From Zygnema circumcarinatum SAG 698-1b (Eukaryota > Plantae > Zygnematophyceae): 64,000 nucleotides of DNA. A program made the translations under genes and the position numbers. Location: assembly GCA_037447605.1 (NCBI GenBank), contig CM074821.1:310001-374000 (forward strand), written 5' to 3'. The notes beneath the pieces were generated by a model. That model worked only from the letters and a program-made list of their open reading frames with translations. It was not told the origin of the DNA and made no database searches. This document shows, piece by piece, positions 1 through 13,092 of this stretch (within the stretch, counting starts at the first letter, position 1; every line of letters begins with the position of its first letter).

Positions 1-725
1 CTTCATCTGAAAACTCATGAAGATCTGCTTGTCCCTCTTGTTGGCGGCTGTGACACGGGTCACAGGATCGGCAGCCTCACGTATCAAGGTACGTGGATCT
101 GCCAAACTCAAATTTAATACCAAGATAGTGTGCTAAGGGGAGATCGCTGAGCTGGGCCAGAAAGCCGTGACGGCCACTCGCCGTCTCGCGGCCAAATCGG
201 CGAAGGGTCGGGGTTGGTGCCGTGGGTCCGCCAAGATCCAGCCAGATCCGGGATTCAGAGGTAATGCCAAGAAAGGAAGACGAAGACCTTGAAGATGTTC
301 CCACCGCATGGCCGACTGATGCTAAAGAGCCCTTCCTTGGGGCCTTCCCCTCGCCCTCTCTTCCCCGCTATTCTCTTCGCTAGACTCTAGTTACACACGG
401 GTCATTGGAGTGAGCAGGGCAAGCGTGATATCACAAGATGGTAGCTTGGCATAGTGACAACAAAGGGAAAATAGGACTCAGCTTAGATAAAGGTCGTGTT
501 TTGGAAACTCACCCCAGCCAGCGATTGGCTGGGGATTGTCATTACAATGAAAGTGTCTTCTCACTGAAATCTTTGTCTGGCTGGGCTGAATGGGATGTCT
601 AAATGCTATCAGCAAGAAGACTCTTTCTCTTTCTCTCTATGCAATGGAACTCTCTCTCTCTCTCTTACTTAGCATCTGTTGCTGGAGCTGAAGAGGCAGA
701 AAAAGAAGAACAAGACAACAAACCA

Positions 726-735
726 NNNNNNNNNN
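726..735. other. Assembly gap (10 N)
   Basis: Run of N in the sequence. Confidence 0.99.
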
Positions 736-1682
736 TGGCAGTAGATCCTGAGTCTTAGCAATGACAGTCTCTGATTGGCCAACTGCCCGCTGAGAGGCCT
801 GACTGACTACGTGGAGCCTTCTGATAGGTCAACAAATGACAATCGGCGGCATTATGCGGCGCTTCCGAGTGCGCCTTGCTGGATGGTGTGCTGTTCTGTG
901 GGCCGACAACACATGGCGCCGCCTTCTCGCATTCTCCGTCGGCAGCCCTTGGATTATGCCGGTCCGTGACACTGAAGAGGCATATGTCAAGTACAACTGA
1001 ACTGACGCGGATCCGTCGAGCGCAGCTCCACTACGCTACAGGCGCGAACAGAATCGAGGACCCACGGACTGCCGATGTGACGCGATCTGATTGGGTGGAT
1101 GAAACTGTACGGGCCTAAGTGTACGGATGAATCGCGACCCTTGTTCTCAACGACAACTCGCAAGAGGCAACAATGACAATATATTTCATGCACTGAATTG
1201 AGGTCCAAGACTCACAATAGCTTGCTTGGTGCCAATCCTGACAGAATTCCGCTTCTAGCTTTATTCTTTTGTCCTTAGGTCCTTTGCGTGGTTCCACATG
1301 CTGCTTTTGTCCATGTACATTTGATGGCCTTGCCATCGTGAGTTCAATGCAATTTTCTTTTCTTACAGAGCTTCTGCTGCATGAGACACTCGCGTCGGCA
1401 TAGCAGCTATCCACACACTCTAGCAAGGGACAGCCCCATACCGACAAAATCCATGTAAACTTGCTAACGCGCCCTTTGCTACTATATAAGTACTCACTCC
1501 ATTTGCTATAAAGGAGAACTTCTCCTCTTGCGCTTAGGTCCTTTGCAACCAGTTCCTCGTGGTTCCCCATGATGCTGATTTTGTCCATGTACATTTGATG
1601 GCCTCGCCATCGTGAGATCCATGCCACTTCCTCCTTTCTTGAAGGAGAACCAAATGGAACATAATGACTAAACAGATCGGCA

Positions 1683-4600
1683 TCATAACTGAGGATCTAT
1701 GTCCACAACGGACATCCTCTGAGGAAGCTTTATTCCGGCCCGTTCCACCACAGCCTTGGCCGCCTTTGCAGCCTTCTCCAACACTGAAGCCTGGTTCCAC
1801 TCTCACATCCAAAGGGAAGAGAGAGAGAGAGAGAGAGAGGGAGACGAGAGAGAGAAAGAGAGAGGGAGAGGGAGTGGGAGACGTGTCAACAGCCTATGGT
1901 GGACAAGTCATAGCTGTGGGAGATGCAATCATTCAAATCTGCAGTTCTGAAGGATCGGGAACCTTGTGACTGTCAAATCTTTCAGGATCCTCTGCTACTT
2001 CCCTAATGTCAGTGATCACGTCGAACCAAAACATTAGTCATTCTAAAAGGATCTGTTGGTCAGATCAGACGAGTTTTGATGCGAAAAAAAACATCTTTTT
2101 TTGGTTGGAGCGGTCAAAGAATAATTATCCAAAACATTTTAACTCTCGGAAGATGGGAGGAGCACTGTATTGCATGTCTTTGCATCAACAGACGGAGTGA
2201 GAGAAGACAAGAGTACCTCATTCACAGTCAGAATAGTTCGATTTCGCATGAGCCACCTCCCATTGCACATGACGGATTCAATGTTCTCTGTGCGCATGCT
2301 ATACACAAGGTTGGCGATCCTGCATTTTTCCAGATTAAACCCTTAGATGCCAATATTTCAAACAGAAACAGAGGCTACAGTGTTTGCTTTTCCCCATAAA
2401 TAAATACTGAATATTTTCCTTGATGAACCCGTCATGAAGCGGGAGATAAAGCGTACGGATCATGAAGAGGTGTCATTGCGAAGTTGTGCGGATCGATTAC
2501 CACCAGATCGGCCTGCAGCTCAGATTCAAACCCCCATCAAATCAAATAAAATCTTTCCACCGTGGGCCCAACAATTTCAAAAGCAGGTAAAGTCACCACA
2601 CAGAAGTACCAATCACCTTCAGAGAAATGAAAAACGCACCTTCTTGCCTATTTCAAGAGAGCCGATCTCCTTCTCCCAAAGACATGTCCTTGCGCCATTG
2701 ATAGTTGCCATCTGAAGAATTTTCTCCGCCGGAAGCGCTGTTGGGTCCGTTGTTCCATGGGTATACGCCCTTTTACCCTTGTGAATAAGGGCTGCTAGAT
2801 ACATCTCATCCACTGGCATGCCCCCTCCCATATATTCAAGATTAGGATTCCAACCCACAACATGTCCAACCAACTAGAACACATAGGAAATGTGCAGTCA
2901 CTTGGAAAGGGGTTGTGGGAACATTTCCAAGAGGGGAATCAGAGTAGGGTATACCAAGACTCATCCGATTGTTGGAGGGCGCTCCATCTGTACCCAATGA
3001 GACGTTAACTCCACGCTTTAGCATTTCCTCGACAGGGCTGAAGCCCAGCATGTGCATTGCTGCTCCTGGGCAGTGGCATGCATTCACCTTGAAAGAGGCG
3101 AAAAGGTCCACCTGGCAGCAGTGACTGAGACGGGTTTAATAAGGGGTCACTTCTGTAAATGATGGGGATTCGAGAGGATAAGTAGAGCTTTTGTGAGCGG
3201 GCTTTCTTACCTCATGGTCGTTTATCCACACAGAGTGTGCAGCCAGCAAGTTGGACCCAAGCAGCCCGATTTCTCCGAGATATGTGACAGTACCGTGTTC
3301 TACCCCTCGCGTTGCAACGACATGCTCATTTTCAAAGGGGATCTCCGCGACATGCTGCCCTGCAAGTAGAAAACGTCTCAGCAAAGCATTCGCCTCGTTT
3401 AGACCAAGGCACGGTCTAACTGACTACTAGATTCCACGTTCTGATGGAAGATAATACTATGTTGCGTCTTGATCTGCTTCCCTCAGCCAGAGCAAGTAGT
3501 GCTTTGCTACTGTAAGGAAAGCATGGGTACAGGGAATTGCACCATATGTATGCCTGTATTGAGGCGATCTGCGGAGGCCTTAGTACGAAGCAGCAAGTCA
3601 TCAGTAGCATTCAGTATTTGGCGGAGTCCGAACCAAGAACGAATACGGCCGTCAGCTGTTCCATTGTACTTGTAATAAAGGTCCTCTTGGAGCTGCACAT
3701 GATTACAAGCAAAATAGCACGTTGAGCTAAAATTGCAGGTTATATATCTCACTTTCGTGATGAGTACAAATTAGCTTTGTGTTGGCAGCTTACTTGAATG
3801 CACGAGTCTGCGTTCGATTTCGCCCATGCCTCGGGAAGGCCCTCTCCGGAGTCCATAATAGAAGGACACAGACAAGCTCGCAGACCAAGTTCAGTAACAG
3901 CAGCCACCATTCCTGGGACGTGCTGTCCGCCTGCTTCAGCAAAGCAGGTCACCTGCAAGCGGTGCAAAACAACAAAGCCCTTTTTTCAATGATGTCAGCG
4001 TATGCAGTGGGAATGATACGGCCAGTCTTTCAAATCATGAAGAGAAGGAGATTTTGGAACAAAGGAACTATGATAGCCCAGAGAGCCGACTAGCCACGAC
4101 AGACCCTAAAAACAACAGCACTGCTGGACTGCGCTGAAAAGGCTACAAAAAAAGAATAAAAAGTCGCCTTGCCCTTTCCACTGGAGACGACATGAGCATC
4201 AAGAGAGCATCATACATTACCCCGGATCTGATGAGCTCCACTCCACATAACAAAGTTGACAGATAGCTGTCCTCTTCCGTTAGAGCTGCTTCATATGGCC
4301 AAATTCGCTCGTGCAGCCAAGTAAGCAGGTCCACATCATCAGCAATTCCTCGACCGAGCTGCTGCGAAGTGTGAACATGTGTATTGATCAGACCTGCATG
4401 CATTGAGATGGAAAAATCCTGATAAGTTGCCGACTTCTCAAGTTGCAGCGACTGGAAGTAAAGAAGATATGACGGATTGAGGAGACGGGGGTGAGAGAGA
4501 GACGGAGAGAGAGGAAAGGAAGTGGTGAATATACCGAGTTCCTTCTGTTTTGTTCCTTCTGTGATTACAGGTGTTCCCAAACTACAGAGTGCTTCTTCTC

Positions 4601-5452
4601 CTAATGGTTTGCTGCGCTGCAGCTGTGATTGATTCATCGCATTTGACAAGCAGGTGACATTTTTCTCTAAATGTAAGCGAATCTTAGGAGAACCATTCAG
4701 AGGCAACTCGCTGTAATTGTGTGTGAAAGAAGCACAAGATTCCCATAAGTTAATGCTTGTAGACACATTTGCCACCGTTTCTAACTCAGGATTTGGGAAA
4801 ATTAAGTTGACATCCTTCTTTATGGAGTTCCGCCCCATTCTATCTCAGCAGCCACTTCACATGACAATTAGTCTCTTCCTTGTAGCCAGGTCAAGTGTTC
4901 CACCAACTTTTAAAAAGCTATGCTTTGTTTCCTCCGTTTCATATGCGGATGACACTACCCTGTTCTCCTTCATTTCTGACGGAACTCCGTTTGATGAATG
5001 CGAGATGATCACCTTAATCATCATATGACAGAATGTACCGCAATACATTATTGCAGTCTGTTGCTGTTTTCAATACAAGCATGCTGCTAATTTTATATTC
5101 AAGGCTGTGTCATGAATAAGCAGAAACTTTATTTCTTAATGAAATTTGTACCTGGAAGCAACCAACGGCCAGTTAGGTTTATTCTTTCAATATCCTTCTC
5201 TCCATACTTTCCAAGCAGCTCATTTGAAGGTCCAATGTCTGCAATAATTTCTCTCTCAATAAGAATGGCTCCGTTGAGATACACATGAAGCCCTTCGTTC
5301 ATAGTAACGATCGAACAGCCATAAAGAAGCATGCTTCGCGATTGCCCCTCAGAGGAAGCCATGGCTCCCTTCCGACTGTTCCGAGGAGAGAGAGAGGAGG
5401 AGAGAGACTTGGCCATGGCGGAAGCCAAAGCTTGGCAATTCCAAATCTCCAT
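1683..5452 (-). CDS. Metal-dependent amidohydrolase, MTA/SAH deaminase (AtzA/TrzA)-like, about 10 exons
   Basis: Exons joined by GT-AG introns: [18 protein letters not shown] | [34 protein letters not shown] (HxH metal motif) | [11 protein letters not shown] | [11 protein letters not shown] | [18 protein letters not shown] | [22 protein letters not shown] | [20 protein letters not shown] | ADLVVIDP | [20 protein letters not shown] | last exon 1790-1683 [26 protein letters not shown]. Start uncertain (5452, 5416 or 5362). Confidence 0.88.
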
Positions 5453-6141
5453 GTGGCCGTTTTACGGTAAACTGTCATGTTAAGAGAGACGGGACTACAT
5501 GACAGTTCCGTTTATATCTCAATGTTCGATCCTCATATCGCGCACTGATAAGGTATCGTCACGATTCATATCAGGATATATCAGGGTATTTGCCGCACGT
5601 ACCATGTGAGCTCGCAATCAGCCCATCTTTAGATAAGCTTTTTTACTGCAAGCAGCTCCAGACAGCCCCTCACAGCGCCTCCCTTCCTAATGACCTCACA
5701 TCTCACATTGCTCCCATCTCTTCTTCCAAACATTCACATTGTTCAAACTTCACAGAGAACATCAACTCTGAAGTGCTCGAACATGAACACACGTTCGTCT
5801 CTTCGACCATCCTTATTGGAAGTAAAAATATGTTACAGATGTATCATCAACCACCGGCACAATTAGGCCCTCTTCCTCTCAAGGACGACGGGTCCCTTCC
5901 CCTCCCTCCCTCTCTCCCTCCCTCCCTCCCACCCTCCCTCCCTCCCTACACCGATTCATAACTTCCCAGCATGAAAAACATGGGCAGCTAGTGTAAAAAA
6001 CGCTTCTATATACACTCCAGGCCCCTTGATCAGAGTGGAATTAGAGCCCTTCAGGACCCGGTCGGTGCGAGGCTGGCTGCTTGCACAATGAATCCCCATT
6101 CAAATTTGGGTTGGTCATGACCCTTCGAGATGTCCACAGCT

Positions 6142-9100
6142 TCAGGTAGAAGGAGGGTCGATGCTGAGAAAGGCGGAGGTGCGGTACTGGCAGCCCATGC
6201 ACCGATGGACCACTCCTTCAAGAGACCTGGTAGTCTCCGCCAGCCCTTCCTCCAATAAACGGCGGTTCAAGTAGCTTCCATCTGGAATGATGTCCACGGT
6301 CTGAAACCACGAACAGAAGAAAACCATCAATGGAGCAGGGGAAGTCTTCTATGGCTGATTCTATGAGCTCTCACAAGACACTAAAGAAATTCCATAAGAG
6401 TAGACAGAGGCTGTAAAGAGATGTCCACAAGAAGCAAGTAGTCTGCATTGCAGAGCTTGAACACCTCAGGGACAGCTCCTAGCAGGTAGGGTCGGCGGGC
6501 GAGTAAAAGGGGTTTTGGCAAGGGGTTTAAGCAAAAAATTCTCACCGAGGCAAGCTGCGAGCCAGTGGCTGACAAATCTGCTGCCAAAGTCTCCAGGGCT
6601 GCTGCCTTGCTATGCACTTGCCCGGCCACTTGCGCTATCTCCTCCTCCAACCTGCCTCCCTTGGAACAACGACACTTTCATTCTTCAAAAACAGCACAAG
6701 ATGCAGCCCCAATGACTTCCTTCAGCTTTTGCTTGTCTTTTGATGAATCTCACCTCAATTTTCTTACACACAGAAAAGACAGAGACAGGGAAAAGCTTCC
6801 TACAAACGCGGAACATCAAGGATCAGACTGATACTTCAGCGGTGCTTGAGAACAGATTCCAAGTTGGTAACAAATGCACGGTCCATAGAGCCACTTAAAG
6901 CTGCGGATAAGGTCAATAGGACTCCTACCGCAAGAACACTTTCCGGGTCTGTGGGTACAAAGCTGTAGCCATTCCAGAGCCTCCAAGGGCCCCAGCTCCA
7001 ATAATAGCAAGTGCTCCCACGGCTCCAATAGGCCCAGCAACTACAGCGTTCTCAACCACCAAGGAGGGATTGACTCACTCATAAGCCAAGGGCCATGCTC
7101 CCTATGAGAATGTTGATCCTAACTTAAGTCAGAATGTGCGCTATGTATGAAATATTCAAATCTCGGAGCTAAAAACATGGGTGTAGTTGCAGCCGCATCT
7201 TTGTTTGTGTCGCACCTTTCTTCTATGCACGCTTTTGAGGCTTCAGCTCTAGCTCATTATCAGTGACCATCTATAACACTCTAAAGCAACTTCTTGACGA
7301 TTAAAGTAGTTAAACGAGGATATTTATTGCATATGCAGTAGAAAATATTGATTGCGGCGGTGGAACTCCCTACTTGTTCAGCACAGCTGAACTATTCGTC
7401 ACAGAAGGCAAGTTCACCCGGCACAAAATATAAACAAAGTAGAGGCAGAAGCTACAAAAGTGATACCTCGAAGGCAGAAAGCGATGGCTGATCCTGCAGC
7501 ACCCCCGAGGATGGGCGCTGCCTTGAATCCTACATCAGCTTTAGATGGATTATCGGCAATTTCTCGTGCACGTGCCTATAAAACAGTTTTCCAAATGCAC
7601 AAAGTATTATTAATGACGAAACACGGCATCCCTTATCCATCACAAAAAATATGAGTCCAGAGTGAGGGAGCATCGTTACGGGGCTAGAGAAATTAAAACT
7701 AGAACGTCTAATCATTTCAAAAAGAAAACACTTAGCAAGTAAGGGGCCTAGCAACTACCCACAGGCCTTGTATGGATCACTCACCACCATTGCATCCAGG
7801 TCTCGGCCCACTGCCCTGTGGACGGCTGCAGCAGCTTCAACTATCGTGCTCAGAGTTTCAAGTTTCTTAGCCGCCTCTTGTACTGCAACTCTGCACACCC
7901 CATCTTTTCTCAAGTGATGATGATCACATCATAGAAAAGGTTGTCAAAATAAATTTCCAAGAGGTCCAATCTCCCAGTCTTCATTTCATTTTCAATAGCA
8001 CTGAACAATCCAATGTACGGCAAAATGTTCTCGGAGTTTGATGGTAGGAGCACAGCAACACTCCTTCAAAGCAGGTCCTACTAGTTACGGCTCACTTGCA
8101 CCTATTTGCGCGGTTTGTGCCTCCTCCCCTCTCTCCTCCTCCCTATCCTCTCTCCCTCCTCGCTCCTCCCATCCTTCCCCCCCTTCATGCTTCGTTCTCC
8201 TGCCCTCGCCCCTCTCCCTACTCCTTCCCTCCTCCCCTCCCTTCTTTCCCTCTTCTTTCTCGCCTCTCCCTCCTACCCTCACTCCCCCTTCTCCCCTCCT
8301 CCCCCCCCCCCCCTCTTCCTCCTCCTCCCCTCCTCCCCTCCTCCATTTAAACCCCTTTTTACAGAACCAACTAGATCTAGTAGATATGATACCTTGGCCT
8401 TGGAGCATTCGTTTCCATGGCCTCCCGTACTGCCGCCGTTAGCGTCATAAGTCCCTCCGCGATATTAAGGCTGCCTTCCACCAGTGCCAAGCTAGTCATC
8501 TCAACAGCCTTCACAGTGCAAACGCCAAAATTATGATCATCATCAGTTCATGCGCGCAAGTGAAAACACATGCATCGTGTGCGGTGCGCTTTTTATTATA
8601 GCTACAAATGCTCATCTTCCACGTGCTTTAGCCACGGTTTTTCACAACAAGCCTGTGAGCACCACACCTTGTATCGGCCCGCAAGCAGGCGCAGCCGTTC
8701 AGTCATCTCCACGTGGGCTGCACACTTGTCCAACAATTGCTTGCCATTCTGCACCCCAACAGACCAAAACACCCTGAAATTGCAGTACAGCACGGGAACC
8801 AGCAGCCAGACAAAAAAAAAACTCCCCGAAAAATAGATAGGACTTATTGCAGCTTGTCATCGCCAGTTCTATCACGACGCACTGAAAATAAAATATGTTT
8901 CAGATTTCTTAGATGCCATTCATCACCTGCTGTCTCATCAGTATCTTATCCACCCTCAGATACCCTTCTTCAAGGTCACGGCAGTCGGCTCCTGCATCAT
9001 AATCCCCGACACATAACGTAAGCATCACGGAGCATTAAGCTAACTGAAATATACACCCCTTATTCCAACAATGCTTCTGTTTTCCATCTTATGTTCATGT

Positions 9101-9403
9101 TTCAGCGTATCATATAGACATACAACCATTTTGAGATAAGCATAAGCATATCCTTGTCTCCGCGCATATCCGTGTTTTAATCACCTGCTTTTCAATTTCC
9201 TTTCTTAATTGTATCTATTTTTATCCTTATATTGATGTCGTCATGTCATGCCATGCCATGTTTCTTTAGGATCAGATTTGCTTTGGCGGATGCCGTGCAC
9301 CTGGCAGGTCTGCAGGCCCAGATTTGCAGATGTCTTGAAATTTCTGAAGCAGGGCCTCGTGCTCCGCAGAGTCCCCCGCCGGCTCCCTGTGCCCCCCGCC
9401 CAT
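6142..9403 (-). CDS. Uncharacterised protein, about 320 aa, 9 exons; helical with central Gly/Ala-rich hydrophobic hairpin
   Basis: Nine exons chain with consistent intron phases: MGGGHREPAG..|..LEEGYLRVDKILMRQQ|NGKQLLDKC..GRYK|AVEMTSLALVEGS..|VAVQEAAKKLETL..|ARAREIAD..APILGGAAGSAIAFCLR|VAGPIGAVGALAIIGAGALGGSGMATAL..|LEEEIAQVAGQVHSK..|TVDIIPDGSYLNRRLLEEGLAE..DPPST*. Family not recognised. Confidence 0.7.
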
Positions 9404-10315
9404 GCTGTCCGGACACCAACAGGGCGTCCAAGACGCTTGGAAGACGGAGCCTGCACACTTCAAACCTTCATACAGGTCTTCAGACCTTCATGCAGGTGCC
9501 GCTCCGCAGCACTTTACACAGAATGAAGCACAGACACAGACGAAGATAGAGCGATCACAGAGCGACTTTTTGGGGAATTTGAAGGTGCTTTAAGGTCAAT
9601 GAGCGAAGTGTAGAGTGTCTCTAATTGTGTTAAGCAGTGCTAATTTTTCTCAAAAAAGTAGCGAAAATATCTGCCCTGTATCCACCAGCCCCAGTCAAAG
9701 GCGGTGGCTGCCGCCCGGCTATATGTGCGCCCTCTCCGTCCTGTCAAGCCCAGCTGGAGGTTTCCAGGAGAACGGACCAGTACAAGTTTGCCACGTGTCA
9801 TCATTTTGTTGAACGTGGCACGCTATGATTGGACGAAAACATAAGAGTCACAGGGAAACGGTCAACGTCGGATTTCCAGTTTTCTACTCGAACCTTTCCC
9901 GTCTATGGAGTGTACGGTAAAAACCCGCAAAACCGAAAACCCGAAACCCGGAAGAAAGTTTGTAGCTGGATGACGTAACCCAGAGGCCTGTCAACTGTAT
10001 GACGTCATCAATAGAAGGTGAAAAACTTCGACGTCACTGGTTTGCTTTTCACTTCTTTTTTGGCAAAACGTTTGGGTAGCAGAAATTCAGCTACCGTACA
10101 GTTCGATGTTGTCCGTACTGTATTGCGCTGTTGCAGTTTCTGCATTACGCTACCGTAATACCCTACACGGATTTGTGCGACAGCCGTAATTCTGTGCACA
10201 TGTGTCGAGATCCAAATTTCTCTACGGGACAGCACGCAGATTTATGTTCATGGAACATATAGTACTGGGCGAACGAGAAGGCGCTTGGTTTTGGGGAGCT
10301 CTGAAAGTAGAAGCC

Positions 10316-12809
10316 ATGGCTGCCAGCTGTGCCCCCCCACGCCATGATGCAGCCCTACGGGCGTCCAGCGAGCCTTCTTTTTTCCGCCACATGCATTCCC
10401 GCAATAAATCACATTTTTTATCTGTAATTCCTAATATTAACGCCGATCTCGGGCTTAAGTTTAACCGTAGTCATAATCGTAACTCTGTGTCACTTTCAAA
10501 GGTGTTGTCGAGGCAGAGAAGGGAAATTAGGAGAAAAAATGCGGTTTTTCATGATAAACCTGGGTTCTTAAGACACCCCAGATGCGTAATTTCTGCAACT
10601 GCGAACACAGAAGTAGCGGTGCCTGAAGCCAATACAGCGAATAAAGAAAAGTACGCTGAAGCAGCCTGGGAAGCGTTATCAAAGATTCGGAATACGTCTC
10701 CTTTGATCCACTGCATTACGAATTTTGTGGCTATGGATCTCTCTGCCAACATTCTCTTGGCTGCCGGTGCCTCGCCCGCAATGGTGCATTCCATCGAAGA
10801 GGTGAGGAATGTAACTATTTTAACTAACTTTATCTAACTACAAAATAATTCTGTCAATTTTTTCTAACCGTTAATCAATTGCTTTAACTAACTTGAAGCT
10901 ATGAGAGAGCGGTGCAGGTTGAGGAGTTTGTTGGCATTGCCTCTTCCCTCTCTATCAACATCGGAACTCTGAGTGGAGAGTGGGTCCTCTCAATGCACAA
11001 AGCTGCCGCCCGAGCGAGAGCTCTTGGGAAGCCATGGGTGCTCGACCCAGTGGCCTCCGGAGCAACGCAGTATCGGACAAAGGTGAGAACTGGAAAGGAA
11101 TCAACTGGAAATCAGTATAGTTTTTAAGACCAAATGAAAGAAAAGGAGAATAAATATGGCAAAGAGGTCGCCTTTATTGTGGCTTTTTAAACGAATTTTG
11201 AAAAAGAATCATATGACACAGAGGTGGGAGTAGCCCACTCTTATCGAGGTGCTCTCGTGGGTATTCAGTTTCATGCTTTCATGTGGCTCATGTTTGAAAT
11301 TTGTTTATCGTCTAAAACTTGCAATCGTAGGAGTGGTTGAGTCTGAATGCTTAAGAGGAAGCATTAGCTGAAGATAAACTGTGAGAGATAGGAGTCCTGG
11401 AGTTTCTTCCAGAAGCAGCTTCAGTGAGGAACTGCATATGTGTGAGCTGTGCTTTGATTGTGTGGGCTCTCAAATTCTCTATGCAGCCTCTTGGCAGGTC
11501 TGCTTGGACCTTGTGAACCTGCAACCTTCAGTGATTAGAGGAAACGCCTCTGAGATTTTGGCGCTAAGTGGAGCCAGCTTGACAGCCAGTAAGGCAAGGG
11601 AGCTCTCCTTTGTTCACTTCTGTTTTTTGTTTCTATAAATGTATGCTGTTTGTCGCAGGAGTGCAAAGCGTGAAGTCTGAAAAGCGAAACTTTTCATGTG
11701 AGGATATAGTATTTCCTATTCAGATTGGTTCAAGCTTCTTTTTAAAAATTGTGTCCAGATTACACCTATTCTAGCAAGAGCCGACTTATCATTCATTTCT
11801 TATTATTGCCAGAGCTCGTTCTTGTCAATCCAATTACGAAATGCTGCAGCTGAAGGGAAGCCTGCACTACTGAGTGCTCTCTAGTGTTAGAATTTCATCG
11901 TATACATGAACACTCTTTTAAAAAATATGAAAAAAATATTTACAAATACGTTTATTTTCTTCCTTTGAGCAGGGTGTGGACTCCACCCACCAATCATCGG
12001 ATGCCCTCGTGGCAGCCAAAGAGCTGGCTCGCTCTGCAGGCTCCATCGTGGCAGTTTCAGGAGCCATTGACTTTGTGACAGATGGCGAGCGAGTATTGGC
12101 TGTGGCCAACGGCGTGCCCATGCTTCAAAGGATCACCGCCACAGGGTGCAGCGTCACCGCCTTCATAGGCGCCACGCTGGCAGTGCTGCCCGAGCACCCT
12201 CTGGAAGCGGCTGCGTATGCTCTCTGTCTGTTTGGGTGAGTCAAAATGGTGATCTCTGACTGTTTGGGTGAGTCAAAATGGTGATCTCTGACTGTTTGGG
12301 TGAGTCAAAATGGTGATCTCTGACTGTTTGGGTGAGTCAAAATGGTGCTCTCTGACTGTTTGGGTGAGTCAAAATGGTGATCTCTGACTCTTTGGGTGAG
12401 TCAAAATGGTGCTCTCTGTCTCGTTGGGTGAGTCAAACTGGTGCTTTCTGCCAGCTCCTTGCATGAGTCGAAAGGCTGCTTTCTGCAGCTTTGATCACGA
12501 AGTCAAGCGACTGCTAGACTGTCAATATCGCTCAGTTTTCCTGAAGCAGTGGAAGGACGAACTTTTTTTTTTTTATGGAGATACGATTTTTTCTGGCTTT
12601 GCATCCTTACACCCGTTTTGGGATAAAGATCCATTTTCTTGAAAAAGGAGTTTGTGTGCTGTTGCAGGGTGGCGTCCGAGGTCGCATCTGAGAATGGAGG
12701 GGCGCAAGGACCAGGCAGCTTGAGGGTGAAGCTTGCAGACGCTCTGCATGGCCTTTCTGAAGAGGAAGTGTTGACTTTAGCGAAGGTGTATGACTTTACA
12801 GAGAAGTAG
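10316..12809 (+). CDS. THIM: Hydroxyethylthiazole kinase with N-terminal transit-peptide-like extension, 5 exons
   Basis: [76 protein letters not shown] (catalytic Cys region), GPGSL; stop TAG at 12807-12809. An upstream in-frame ATG exists at 10244. Confidence 0.93.
12228..12451 (+). repeat. Tandem repeat, 7 x 32 bp, spanning the THIM exon 4/intron 4 junction
   Basis: Unit CTGTTTGGGTGAGTCAAAATGGTGATCTCTGA; GTGAG at 12236, 12268, 12300, 12332, 12364, 12396 and 12428 (exact 32-nt period). Confidence 0.95.
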
Positions 12810-13092
12810 CCGATACCCATCAGAAGTAAAGAAAAAAAACGCTTGTCTGTAGATCGCTTACTACTGAAAACGAACCCTCGTCGGCCTTATTTGAAGAACG
12901 AAATTTGTTTTCACAGAACTTGACGTTTGGGTCAGGGTTACGTCCTCAATTTTTTGTTTTTGTTTCACCATACATAAGCGCACACAAAAGTTGCAACATT
13001 CCATCAAATCACATTGAGACGTTTCAATAACGCTCTCATTCAGAGTACACCCCCCTTTTGCTGAAGGAAGCAGATCACAACCCCAGTTCCTT

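Noticed and set aside
1-1250. Possible LTR retroelement remnant (TGGCGCCG PBS-like site at 914, 9-bp hairpin at 512-534, N gap)
   Set aside because: No gag, RT, RNase H or integrase motifs, no paired LTR, and the PBS match is only 8 nt. The region is left unassigned.
6230-6300. LLEEGLA resembling a staphylococcal nuclease motif
   Set aside because: No other SNase features; the exon splices in phase to an otherwise helical orphan protein.
10000-12900. TPP riboswitch in or near THIM
   Set aside because: No aptamer core (CTGAGA with a downstream ACCTGA..AATGC..GCG..GG pattern) outside coding sequence was seen by eye. An Infernal RF00059 search would be definitive.
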